The position numbers and the translations under genes are program-made. This document shows positions 48,995 to 60,457 of a stretch of DNA of 64,000 bases, in pieces. The stretch comes from Octopus sinensis (taxonomy: Eukaryota), in NCBI RefSeq assembly GCF_006345805.1, contig NC_043000.1, forward strand, positions 72,850,001 through 72,914,000, written 5' to 3'. Position 1 is the stretch's first letter, and every line of letters starts with the position of its first letter. The notes under the pieces were generated by a model, which did no database searches, was not told the DNA's origin, and was given only the letters and a program-made list of their open reading frames with translations.

Positions 48995-51663
48995 TAGATT
49001 AGTGCTTCATCATGGATTAGCAACCATTATATCAGCCTATGCCCCTCAGCCGGGGCTACCCGATGGACAGAAAGACCAATTCTATGACACCCTACTGCAG
49101 ACTACCTCGTTGACGAACGACAGAGACCTTCTCTTTGTGGTTGGTGACTTCAATGGTCACGTTGGACGACGTGCTGGGGGCTTCCATGGTGTACATGGGG
49201 GCTATGGTTATGGTTCCCGCAACGAGGAGGGAACCAGGCTGCTGGAGTTCTGCGATGCAAATGATCTTATGGTTTGCAACACTAACTTCAGGAAACCTAC
49301 CAGCCACCTAGTCACCTACCAATCGGGCCGACATACCAGCCAAATTGACTACATCCTTGCCAGGAAAAGGGAAAGATGGCTGCTTATAAATGCCAAAACC
49401 TTCCCAGGTGAAGAATGTACCCCACAACATAAACTGGTAGTTAGCGACTTTAGGATCAGGACGACCAGAAGATGACCAACATGGAGAAGAAGGATCTGGA
49501 AGCTTAAAGATCCTGCGAATGGACAGAGACTTAGGGACATATTACTTGAAGCCTGTGACAAAGTAGAAGGGGATATAGCTTCACATGAGGTAGAAGACAA
49601 CTGGAGGTTTCTAAGGGACAACCTGCTGAGAGCCACGTGTAGCAGCATAATAGTCAACTGCTACAAAGGTAAGGGTGACGATTTAGATACAAATAATTAC
49701 AGAGGTATCAAACTGTTGGATCAGGTAATGAAGGTTATGGAGAGGGTCATAGCCCAACTGATTAGGGAGAGAGTCAGCTTGGATGAGATGCAGTTTGCTT
49801 TTGTGCCAGGAAAAAGCACCACTGATGCTATATTTCTGGTAAGACAGCTGCAGGAGAAATACCTAGCCAAGGATAAGCCCCTGTACCTGGCTTTCACTGA
49901 CATGGAGAAAGCCTTTGACAGGGTCCCCCGATCCCTTATCTGGCGGTCAATGAGGAAACTAGGGATAGGTGAATGGTTTGTGAGAGCTGTGCAAGCCATG
50001 TACAGAGACACTGTAAGTAAGGTGAGGGTTAGCAACGAGTACACTAAAGAATTCAAAGTAGAGGTAGGGGTCGACCAAGGTTCAGTCCTCAGCCCCCTCC
50101 TATTTATCATAGTCCTCCAGGCAATAACGGAGGAATTCAAGACAGGATGCCCCTGGGAGCTCCTATACGCTGATGACCTTGCTCTAATTGCTGAGTCACT
50201 ATCAGAACTAGAGGCAAAGTTTCAGGTGTGGAGACAAGGATTAGAATCGAAGGGCCTTAAAATCAACCTAGCTAAAACCAAAGTCTTAATATGTAGGAAG
50301 GCAGGCAAATCACAAACGCCTTCAGGTAGATGGCCCTGCTTGATCTGTAGAAAAGGCGTAGGTAGAAACTCTATAAGATGCACCAGGTGTAAGCTATGGA
50401 CACATAAGAGGTGCAGCAATGTCAAAGGAAGGCTAATTGGGAAGATAGTTTTTGTATGTGGCAGATGCTCAGGAGCAATAAACACTGAAAATGCTCAGAG
50501 ACCAACTTCCGCCACATTCCTGGGAGAAAAACTAGAAGTAGTTGATAGCTTCTGTTACCTAGGCGACCAAGTCAGTAGCGGGGGTTGGTGTGCTGAAAGT
50601 GTAACTGCTAGAGTGAGAATAGCCTGGGCAAAGTTCAGAGAGCTCTTACCTCTGCTGGTGACAAAAGGCCTCTCGCTCAGAACAAAAGGCAGACTGTATG
50701 ACGCATGTGTACGCACAGCCATGCTACATGGCAATGAAACATGGGCCGTGACTGCTGAGGATATGCGTAAGCTCGCAAGAAATGAAGCCAGTATGCTCCG
50801 ATGGATGTGTAATGTCAGAGTTCATACTCGACAGAGTGTAAGTACCTTGAGAGAAAAGTTGGACCTAAGAAGCGTCAGTTGGGGTGTGCAAGAGAGACGT
50901 TTGCGCTGGTATGGTCATGTAGCGAAAATGGATGAAGATAGTTGTGTGAAAAAGTGCCACATCCTGGCGGTTGAGGGAACCTATGGAAGAGGTAGACCCA
51001 GGAAAACCTGGGACGAGGTGGTGAAGAATGACCTTCAAACTTTAGGTCTCACCGAGGAAATGACCAGAGACTGAGACCTTTGGAAGTATGCTGTGCGTGG
51101 GAACACCTGGCAGGACAAGTGAGGCCACAACCCATGGTCTCTACCTGGGACGTAGCCAGCCCACTTATGCATACCGTTCCTTCTTGTGACACAAACCCTA
51201 CTTGTGAAGACCTGTTGAGGCAAGTGAAAATCGAAATCGAAATCTTTCAATATCAATGGAAATTGTAGCTGAGATACCAGTGCTGGTGGCACGTAAGAGA
51301 ACCATCCGAACGTGGCTGTTGCCTGCGCCGCCCCTACTGGCCTCCGTGCCGGTGGCACGAAAAAGCACCATCCGATTGTGGCTGTTGCCAGCTTCGTCTG
51401 GCCCCCGTGCCGGTGGCACGTAAAAAGCACCATCCGATCGTGGCTGTTTGCCAGCCTCGTCTGGCACCTGTGCAGGTGGCACATAAAAATCACCCACTAC
51501 ACTCTCGGAGTGGTTGGCGTTAGGAAGGGCATCCAGCTGTAGAAACACTGCCCGATCAGACTGGGCCTGGCACAGCCTCCTGGCTTTCCAGACCCCAGTT
51601 GAACCGTCCAACCCATGCTAGCATGGAAAACGGACGTTAAACGATGATGATGATGATGATGAT
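48995..51663 (+). mobile_element. RTE family A: APE part, internal deletion near 49638, open RT with PHD finger, 3' UTR array, (GAT)n tail
   Basis: AYAPQ, GDFNGHVG, QIDYIL; 452-aa ORF with KAFDRV, QGSVLSPLLF, YADDL, LRWYGHV, GRPRKTW. Confidence 0.94.
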
Positions 51664-51824
51664 AATATTTATATGTATATATATGGGGGGGGGGTTGTAC
51701 ATGTATATATAATATTTATATACATATAATTTATATATATAATATATATATGTACATATGTATATCATATATATATATAAATAAATAAATGGAGATAAAC
51801 GCAGATGTTAATCAAATCTTTATA

Positions 51825-51913
51825 CTTCTGACATATGTTTCGAAGAAAACATTGGTATTATTCCAGAAGGAATATAATGATGTAAAACAATGCAATCTTC
51901 TCATCAGGGAAAG
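51825..51913 (-). ncRNA. Type I hammerhead ribozyme candidate with canonical core in a Penelope pLTR-like remnant
   Basis: Minus: ctttcc CTGATGA GAAGA..TCTTC GAAA CATATG TC agaag; palindromic helix III ACATATGT, GUC triplet, extended helix II. Confidence 0.72.
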
Positions 51914-52242
51914 AAAGAGAAACAAAATGCATCAATAAGACATTTTAACCAAATGTGATTACTACATATATGCTGAAGGGAACACTGGTACATTGTTTTT
52001 AAAAAAAACCTGTTAATATATATAACGTCAAAGGCAATTTATAGAAAGCAGAGGAAGAAGAAAGAAATTAGCAGAAAATTAAAACTAGAGAAATATAGTG
52101 TGATAGGTGAATAGGAATAAAGTTTAAAGGCATGGAAATAGATATATTTAGTGGAAGTGAAATGTAACATGACAGTTAATGGTCAAGTTTTATAGACTGG
52201 TAGAAATCACTTATAGGAACTAAAGGTATGTTTTCGCCAATC

Positions 52243-52294
<52 letters not shown>

Positions 52295-52320
52295 CTGTAT
52301 AATTTATATGTATAATATAT

Positions 52321-52703
52321 ACTCTTTACTCTTTACTTGTTTCACTCATTTGACTGCGGCCATACCGGAGCACCGCCTTTAATCGAGCAACTCGACCCCG
52401 GGACTTATTCTTTTGTAAGCCCAGTACTTATTCTATTGGTCTCTTTTGCCGAACCGCTAAGTAACGGGGACATAAACACACCAGCATCGGTTGTCAAGCA
52501 ATGCTAGGGGGACAAACACACACACGCATATATATATATATACATATATACAATGGGCTTCTTTCAGTTTCCGTCTACCAAATCCACTCACAAGGCTTTG
52601 GTCGGCCTGAGGCTATAGTAGAAAACACTTGCCCAAGTGAGACTGAACCCGGAACCATATGGTTTGGCAAACATGCTACTTACCACACAGCCACCACCCC
52701 CCC
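52321..52703 (-). mobile_element. tRNA-derived SINE with CORE-like segment and CR1-like tail
   Basis: A-box tggctgtgtgg, B-box ggttcagtc, ttgggcaagtg, 3' ggcggtgctccggtatggccgcag..gaaacaagtaaagagtaaagagt. Confidence 0.82.
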
Positions 52704-52781
52704 GTCTATATATTTAATATATTTGTATAATATATGTATATATATATATATATATATATAATGTATATATAATATATATAT

Positions 52782-55176
52782 ATCATCATCATCATCATCG
52801 TTTAACGTCCATTTTCCGCGCTAGCACGGGTTGGACGGTTCGACCGGGGTCTGGGAAGCCAGGGGCTGCACCAGGCTCCAGTCTGATCTGGCAGTGTTTC
52901 TACAGCTGGATGCCCTTCCTAACGCCAACCACTCCGCGAGTGTAGTGGGTGCTTTTTACGTGCCACCGGTACAGGTGCCAGGGGAGTCTGGCATTGGCCA
53001 CAATCGGTTGGTGCTTTTAACGTGCCACCGGCACGGAAACCAGTCAAGGCGGTGCTGGCGTCGGCCATGTTCAGATGGTTCTTTTTATGTGCCACCGGCA
53101 CAGAAGCCAGTCGAGGTGGCGCTGGCATTGGCCACGTTCGGATGGTGCTTTGTATGTGCACCGGCACAGAAGCCAGTCGAGGCGGTGCTGGCATCGGCCA
53201 CGTTCAGATGGTGCTTTTTATGTGTCACCGGCACATGTATCACAACTACTATTTCCATTGATAGTTATTTCTATGTTCATGTACTTGACTCAATAGGTCT
53301 CCTCAAGCACAGCGGGATGTTCTGGTATCCAAGGTACTTTGAATGGGCAGGGGCTATGCGGGACTGGTGCAGGAAGCAGCCCGGGTCTTTGCAGTCACAG
53401 CATATCTCCAGAGATCTCGGTCCTTTGTCATTGCCTCTGTGAGGCCCAATGCTCTGAGGTCATGCTTGACTACCTCATCCCATGTCTTCCTGGGTCTTCC
53501 TCTCCCCCTGATACCTTCAACTGTTTGGGAGCGGCACTTCTTCACACATCTCTCCTCATCCATCCGCAGTACATGACCATACCATCACAAGCGTCGCTCT
53601 TGCACACCACATCTGATGCTTCTTATGTCCAGCATTTCTCTCAGGGTGCTTACCCTCTGTCGTGCGTGCACACTGACATTACACATCCAGCGGATCATGC
53701 TAGCTTCATTCCTTTCAAGTCTACGCATGTCCTCTGCAGTCACAGCCCATGTTTCACTACCGTGAAGCATGACAGTTCGCACACATGCATCATACAATCT
53801 ACCTTTCACTCTGAGCGAGAGACCCTTTGTCGCCAGTAGGGGTAGGAGCTTTCTAAACTTTGCCCAGGCTATTCGTATTCTAGTGGTGACACTCTCTGAG
53901 CATCCACCTCCACTACTAACCTGGTCACCCAGGTAGCGGAAACTATCAACTACTTCTAGTTTCTCCCCCTGGAGTGTGATGGAATCTGTTTTCTGAGTAT
54001 CTGTGGTGTCTATTGTCCCTGTGCATCTGCCGCACATGAAAGCTATCTTATCAGTTAATTTCCCTTTGATGATGCATCCATAGCTTACACTGGGTACATC
54101 TTATGGAGTTTCTACCTACGCCTTACCTACAGATCGAGCAGGGCCACCTGCCCGAGGTTGTGTGTGCTGAGTTCACCTTTCTGCTCACTATAACTTTGGT
54201 CTTTGCTACATTTACTCTAAGGCCCTTTGATTCTAACCCTTGCTTCCACACCCGAAATTTCTTTTCGAGTTCCGGTAGTGATTCTGCTATGAGAGCCAAG
54301 TCATCAGCATAGAGGAGCTCCCAGTGGCAACCTGTTTTGAATTCCTCTGTTATTGCCTGGAGGACTATGATGAATAAAAGGGGACTGAGGGCTGAGTCTT
54401 GGTGTATACCTACTTCTACCCGGAATTCTTCACCATATTCGTTGCCTATTCTAGCCTTGCTGACAGCCTCTCTGTATAGGGCCTGTACAGCCCTTATTAG
54501 CCATTCGTCAATCTCCAGTTTCCGCAATGATCACCAGATAAGGGATCGGGGGACCCTGTCAAAGGCTTTCTCTAAGTCCACAAAAGCTATGTAGAAGGGT
54601 TTAGCTAGGTACTTCTCCTGCAGTTGTCGGACCAGGAATATAGCATCAGTGGTGCTTCTACCTGGCACAAAACTGAACTGCATCTCATCTAAGCAAATTC
54701 TTTCCCTAAAGAGATGGGCTATGACCCTCTCTGAGACCTTCATCACCTGACCCAACAGTTTAATACCCCTATAGTTATTTCTATCTAGAGCATCACCTTT
54801 ACCCTTGTAGCAGTTGACTATGGTGCTGCTACGCCAGTCATTGGGTATGACTTCATTATGAACTACCTGGTTTACAATACGGGTGACTACGCCATAGCCC
54901 ACATAACCAGATGTTTTAAGCATCTCAGCAGTGATTCCTGATGGGTCGGAGGCTTTACCTCGTTTCATACCCTTAATTGCCTTAACTACAAGGGAGCTGT
55001 CTATTCGGATAGCTGGTCCCTCTACTGGGTCAACATTTGGCAGGCTCTCCTCCTCCCATTCATTCTCCACATTCAGCAGTCTTTCATAATGGCTTCTCCA
55101 AGCCTCTTTCTTTTCACCATCATTAAAAGCGAGTGCCCCATCATCCATGCGGACACATTTCTCTCCTGTAACATCA
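52782..55176 (-). mobile_element. RTE family A (diverged subfamily), 5'-truncated
   Basis: ORFs 54531-55205, 54123-54527, 53585-54037 carry RT motifs; (GAT)n tail at 52782. Confidence 0.92.
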
Positions 55177-58100
55177 GCTGCTGAGCAAGAATCTTTTTTG
55201 TGCATGGCACAAAAGATTGTACAGCAGCTAACCTGGCTTCATCAAACCCAAGCTCGCAGGTGGGACTACCCAGAATACACAAGACCACCACAGCAAACAG
55301 ACCCAAGATGGACACCGCCGGGAACAACATACACCTCACCTCGATGCTCCTACTGAACATCAGAGGACTGCAAACACTCAGTAACAGGACAAAAATCCCG
55401 TTCTTGAGAGACTTTGTTGCATGCAATCAAGCCTTATGCATAGCACTTACGGAAACACACCTGAAACCGGACATAGCAGATGCGGAATTACACATACCAC
55501 AGTATGTTGTACTACGGACCGACAGAAAAGAAAGGAGTCATGGAGGAGTTGCTATGTACATCCGTGAGGACCTCACACCCCAGGTCCTTTTGTCATACTC
55601 AAACTCGGTGTGTGACACACTAATTGTACATATAAGGCAACTTGATGTAGTTGTGTGTGCTACATATCACCCTCCAGATGCCCCAAGCCATGTGGGCAAG
55701 TTTGAAGACTGCCTTATAAAAATAGAAGAAGTTCTAAGCACATTAGAACAACACATAAGTGTACTTCTTATGGGAGACTTCAATCTACCCAATGTCAGAT
55801 GGCCCGAGGGCCTTTCTCTCCCAGGAATGACAAGATGTGAACGAGGATGGGCGAGGTCCCTCCTGAACCTCATCAACACCCTGTACATGGAGCAAGTAAT
55901 ACTCCAACCAACCAGGGCAGGTAACACACTGGATCTCTGCTTCACAAATTATATGGATCTCATCCATAATGTGAAAGTGACACCGACACTACTCTCGGAT
56001 CACAACATGGTAGAGCTGACCATGTACGGGCTAAAAGAGAGCACGGACATGCAGCCTACAAGAAACCCTCAGAATCTTTCCAGCTTGAACTACCATAAGG
56101 CAAACTGGAAACAAATTGAGAAAGAGATCCTCAAACAAAACTGGCCTGAATGTCTCTCCTCGCCAGACATCGACGTGAAACTTCAACAATTCATGTCTGT
56201 AATGCAAGCCATATGCTACAAATGTGTCCCAGAGAGAAAGGCCACTGTACACAAGAACAAAATCCCCAGAGAGAGGAAAATTTTAATGAGACGGCGTACA
56301 AAAATTTCAAATCGCCTAAACAAACAAATTGAAAGCAGTGAAAAGTCCCGCCTCAAAATAAAACTGTTGGAAATTGAAAAATGTCTGCAACTCTCCCATG
56401 AAAAGGAAAGAGCAGACAAAGAAGCCTGGGCTATAGACAACATAAAATCTAACCCCAGAGCTTTCTACAGGTATGCCAAAGAAACAGCTACGGTGCACTG
56501 TTGGATAGGGCCACTCCTTGAAAAGGATGGCACACTCACAGGAATACCAATGAGGGTAAGTGAAATACTGAATGAGCAATTCAAGAGTGTTTTCACTCCA
56601 CCCCTTGGGCATTTCCAAATCACCAATCCAACTGACTTCTTTACCACTGCAGATATAAAATCAGAGGCGGCGACGATAAATTACATCGATATAAAGGAAG
56701 ACGATGTAATAAAGGCTATAGATGAAATGAAAACAGACTCAGCTACTGGCCCCGATGGATTCCCGGCAATCCTCCTAAAAGTATGTAAGAGAGTCCTAGC
56801 AAGACCACTGCAGTTCCTCTTTCAGAGCTTCCTTGCAGCTGGCAAACTTCCAAGAAAACTGAAGGAAGGTAAAATATGCCCTATTCATAAAGGAGGTAGC
56901 AGAGCGGAGGCCAAGAACTACAGACCTATCTCTCTGACCTCACACATCAGCAAGGTCATGGAACGAATAGTCAGAAGGAAACTGATCACCTTCCTTGAAG
57001 AAAATGACTTGCTGCCCGACACCCAACATAGTTTCCGACCAGGGAGAAGCTGTTTAACTCAGCTCCTACAACACTATGACTGGGTGCTGAAACGGCTGCT
57101 CAACCACTCAAATGTGGAAGTGATATATCTCGACTTTGCAAAGGCCTTTGATAAAGTCGATCATGGAATGATATGTCACAAACTGCGTGATCTCAACATA
57201 GTTGGAAAACTGGGAGAATGGCTTCATGACTTTCTGGTGGTAGTAGCCAATTAACACGCACTTCCATTAACACGCACTTCCATTAACACGCAAATAGTGA
57301 GCGGTGTTCCGCAGGGCACTGTTTTGGGACCACTACTGTTCATAATGGCCCTCTCAGACATGCCCTCAGCCACGCAGAGAGCCACGATCACAAGTTATGC
57401 AGATGATACAAAAGTTTCACAGGCAATACAGAACCCTGAGGACACTAAACGCCTGCAATGTGAGCTGGACAAAATATACAAGTGGGCTGAAAAGAATAGC
57501 ATGCAGTTCAATGCCTGAAAGTTTCAAGCTTTATACTATCAGCATGCAAAACTAAATGCAATACCCAATGAATACACTGGACCCGGAGGAATTGCAATCC
57601 CAGAGGCACAATCAGTGCGTGACCTGGGTATTTACATGAGTGATGACGCAACCTTTCGTGTACATGTTGCTAAATTGGCAATGAAATGTAGATGACTGGC
57701 CGGATTAATTATCAGAACCTTTAGAACAAGAAACCATGATGGTCCTCTGGAGGACACTTGTCCTAAGCCACTTTGACTATTGCTCTCAGTTATGGTCACC
57801 ATCCAGTGTCAAGTTGATCACAGAACTTGAGGCGATCCAACGTAGCTACACGAAGAAGATAGCCTCTATGCAGAATATAAGCTACTGGGAAAGACTCAAG
57901 GGATTAAAACTATATTCCTTGGAGCGTTGGCGGGAAAGATATGCCATAATATATATCTGGAAGATCCTGGAGGGAAGTGTCCCAAACTTTGGCATCGAGA
58001 GTTACACAAATGCCAGAACTGTGCGCCACTGCGTGGTGCCTAGGACTCCAAATTTGCCATCAAGATGTAGGACAAGATACTGTGATAGCCTGGGCTTCCG

Positions 58101-58388
58101 AGGCCCACAGCTCTTCAATATCCTCCCGAAGAACCTAAGAGACCTGCATGGGGTGGATGCAGATGTCTTTAAAATGAAACTGGATCTCTTCCTGTCAGGT
58201 ATCCCAGATGAACCAACTTCACGGCAGGAGGTGCAGATGAGGGCAGCTGCATCGAACTCTCTCATGCACCAAATAGCAGTTGCTAAAAAGCTTTCGTGAA
58301 GTAAAACCATGTAGCAACACCAAATGGCGGTGCCCCAGCATGGCCACAGCTCATGAGCTGAAACTAGAATCAATCAATCAATCAATCA
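55175..58388 (+). mobile_element. CR1-group LINE, whole ORF2 region with 3' UTR and (ATCA)n tail; disrupted after 57235
   Basis: 684-aa open APE-RT ORF 55200-57254, remaining RT in fragments; tail aatcaatcaatca. Confidence 0.95.
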
Positions 58389-58409
58389 TATATATAATGT
58401 GTATAAATC

Positions 58410-59480
58410 AATAAATGGTGGGGTTGTGTTGACCGCACATGGAGAAGTGATAGGCGAGGAAATATTATAAAAAGGCAGAATGCCAAATTGAAGGTAAATT
58501 TTAATAAAAATGGGTTTATAGAAAATTTAAAACAATATTAACTCGAACCGGTTTTCATTGCAAAGCAAATTTTCAAGAATTGAAAGGTGAAAAGAATTTT
58601 TTTTAATTGTGGAAGGGCAAAAAAGAACTTTACAATGTTTTTTTCAAAAAAATAATAATAAACATATACAAGAATTAAAAAATAAGTATACCGATACATT
58701 GTAGAGTCTGTATATTTTTTGAGTTCAATGATAGTCCTTGGAAAAATTTCCTTGGAGGATTAAGATCCATGTGATTAAACGTGGTGCTTAGTTTAGGGTG
58801 TTTGTTAAATGAACATCAAAACAGGAAATGGGGTAGGAGTTATCCAGTTCCTCTGTGGATTTTATGCTCTTCAATTGGGATTATCAATTTTTTTGTCAGA
58901 TAGGATGTTAGAAAAAAGGAATATGGTCATCGTGGAGTTTGCATATTAAGATGTGTTTGGAATTTTTCAATAAAAAGATTCTCCTTGTTGATTCTTTCTT
59001 GTGTAGTGATTCCGTCTTTACATTGGTAGAAGGGGAATATGTGAAATTAAGGATTTTTGTCTTTAGCGCATGAGTCTATGTGGTTACTTAGTGGAATTTG
59101 ACGGTATTCTGGGAGATTTATCTGTTCTTTATGCACCGCTACTCTTTTACGTAAAGGAAGGCTCGTTTGTCCATCATAATTGTGTTGGCAACTGGCGCAT
59201 GTGAGAATGTAGATGAGGTTCTCATAGGAACAGGAGAAGTTGGTCTTGATTTTAAACTTTGTTCCTTGTTTGAAAGTAAATTCAGAGCCTTCAAGCAGGA
59301 AGGGGCAGGTACCACAATTCGGCCATGCACAATTTTTAACTGATGGGGGTGGATGTGGTGTGTGAAGTTTGGCATTTGTCAAGAGTTTTTTCAAAGATTT
59401 ATGTTGCCTTTTACATTTGAGGATTTTATGTGTATTGATAATATTATTCCTTGTAAGGGAAACGTTGTTGCGTTGCATTT
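58410..59480 (-). mobile_element. Penelope-like element 3' part: Zn-knuckle linker + GIY-YIG endonuclease + pLTR
   Basis: CAWPNCGTC knuckle, NLIYILTCASCQHNYDGQT..LRKRVAVH..SNHIDSC (GIY-YIG with CCHH). Confidence 0.85.
58541..58580 (-). ncRNA. Minimal hammerhead candidate, U3-A8 core variant
   Basis: Minus: attc TTGAAAA tTTGCtttGCAAt GAAA ACCGGT TC gagt; palindrome AACCGGTT; lies downstream of the GIY-YIG ORF. Confidence 0.5.
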
Positions 59481-60321
59481 GTTAAATAATTGTAAACTGT
59501 AACCCTCCCCCTTTGAGAGAAGGAGCTTTGGTTATTGTTTAAAAATTAAATTGTGTCCCTGTTTGAGGAAATTGACAATATTTTCACTGTTTACACGGAA
59601 GCATTTTTGTTAGAATGCCTTTGATAGAAGAAAGTCTAAAAAGGAATTTCGCTGCAGCCGTCGGTGGGCGTGAACTCATTAAAATTAAAATAGAAGAAAT
59701 ACAAACCTATTTTGGATTGATCACCGACAAAGATGGTGAATCTAGGATAACACCACAAAACGAAATAAAAAATTAAATTAAAGAAAAGACAATTATCTAT
59801 AAAGTATACAATGTAGAGAAAAAAAAAGATTTGAACACCTGGAGGAAAGCACTATCGAAAAGTGTCTTGGTGCGACTATGAAAGATATCTAACCAGAGGT
59901 GGTAAATTCGCCACAACAAAAGCAAGGTTCGAGTCAACGGAGCGTGCAAGGGAGTACTCGACTCGAACCTTGTAAAGTGAAAATATTTTATTTTTACCTT
60001 TATATCTGGGACATAGGACGTCCTGGATAAAAATTTTAAATGTCCACCCGGAAGTAGAGGTAGGCTGGATTGTAGCCACACTTCTATACAAGAGAGAGGA
60101 CAAGATACAATTGATCGAAATTGCAAGAGACGGGCCTACAATTCCAGTCTGTTATATATTTTGAGTATTGTTATCACTAGCAATATCAAGATATTACTTT
60201 GTATTTTGTATTTTATGTGTAGATGTATATATATAGATGTACATGTAATATGTACACGTATATATACACATATATACATGCACTAGCACTATGACCCGGC
60301 AATGACGGGTCACAATGCTAG

Positions 60322-60376
60322 TATATATATATGCATATATATATTTATATATATATATATATGTCTATATACATTA

Positions 60377-60414
<38 letters not shown>

Positions 60415-60457
60415 TTATATATATACATATATTATATATATATACATATATTATATA
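60322..60457. repeat. (TA)n microsatellite
   Basis: Seen directly. Confidence 0.95.

Noticed and set aside
51279-51495. CRISPR-like appearance of palindromic repeats with variable spacers
   Set aside because: Spacers are homologous to each other, arrays lie in RTE 3' UTRs, there are no cas genes and the context is eukaryotic
48340-51700. Repeated atatat-ggggggggttgt flanks as a TSD around mariner + RTE
   Set aside because: Low-complexity context and the first copy overlaps the mariner TIR; cannot be told from chance or slippage
54531-55426. Chimeric ORFs spanning the RTE/CR1 junction as a new gene
   Set aside because: Incidental read-through of antisense CR1 into RTE; the RTE frame is interrupted by a stop at 54528-54533
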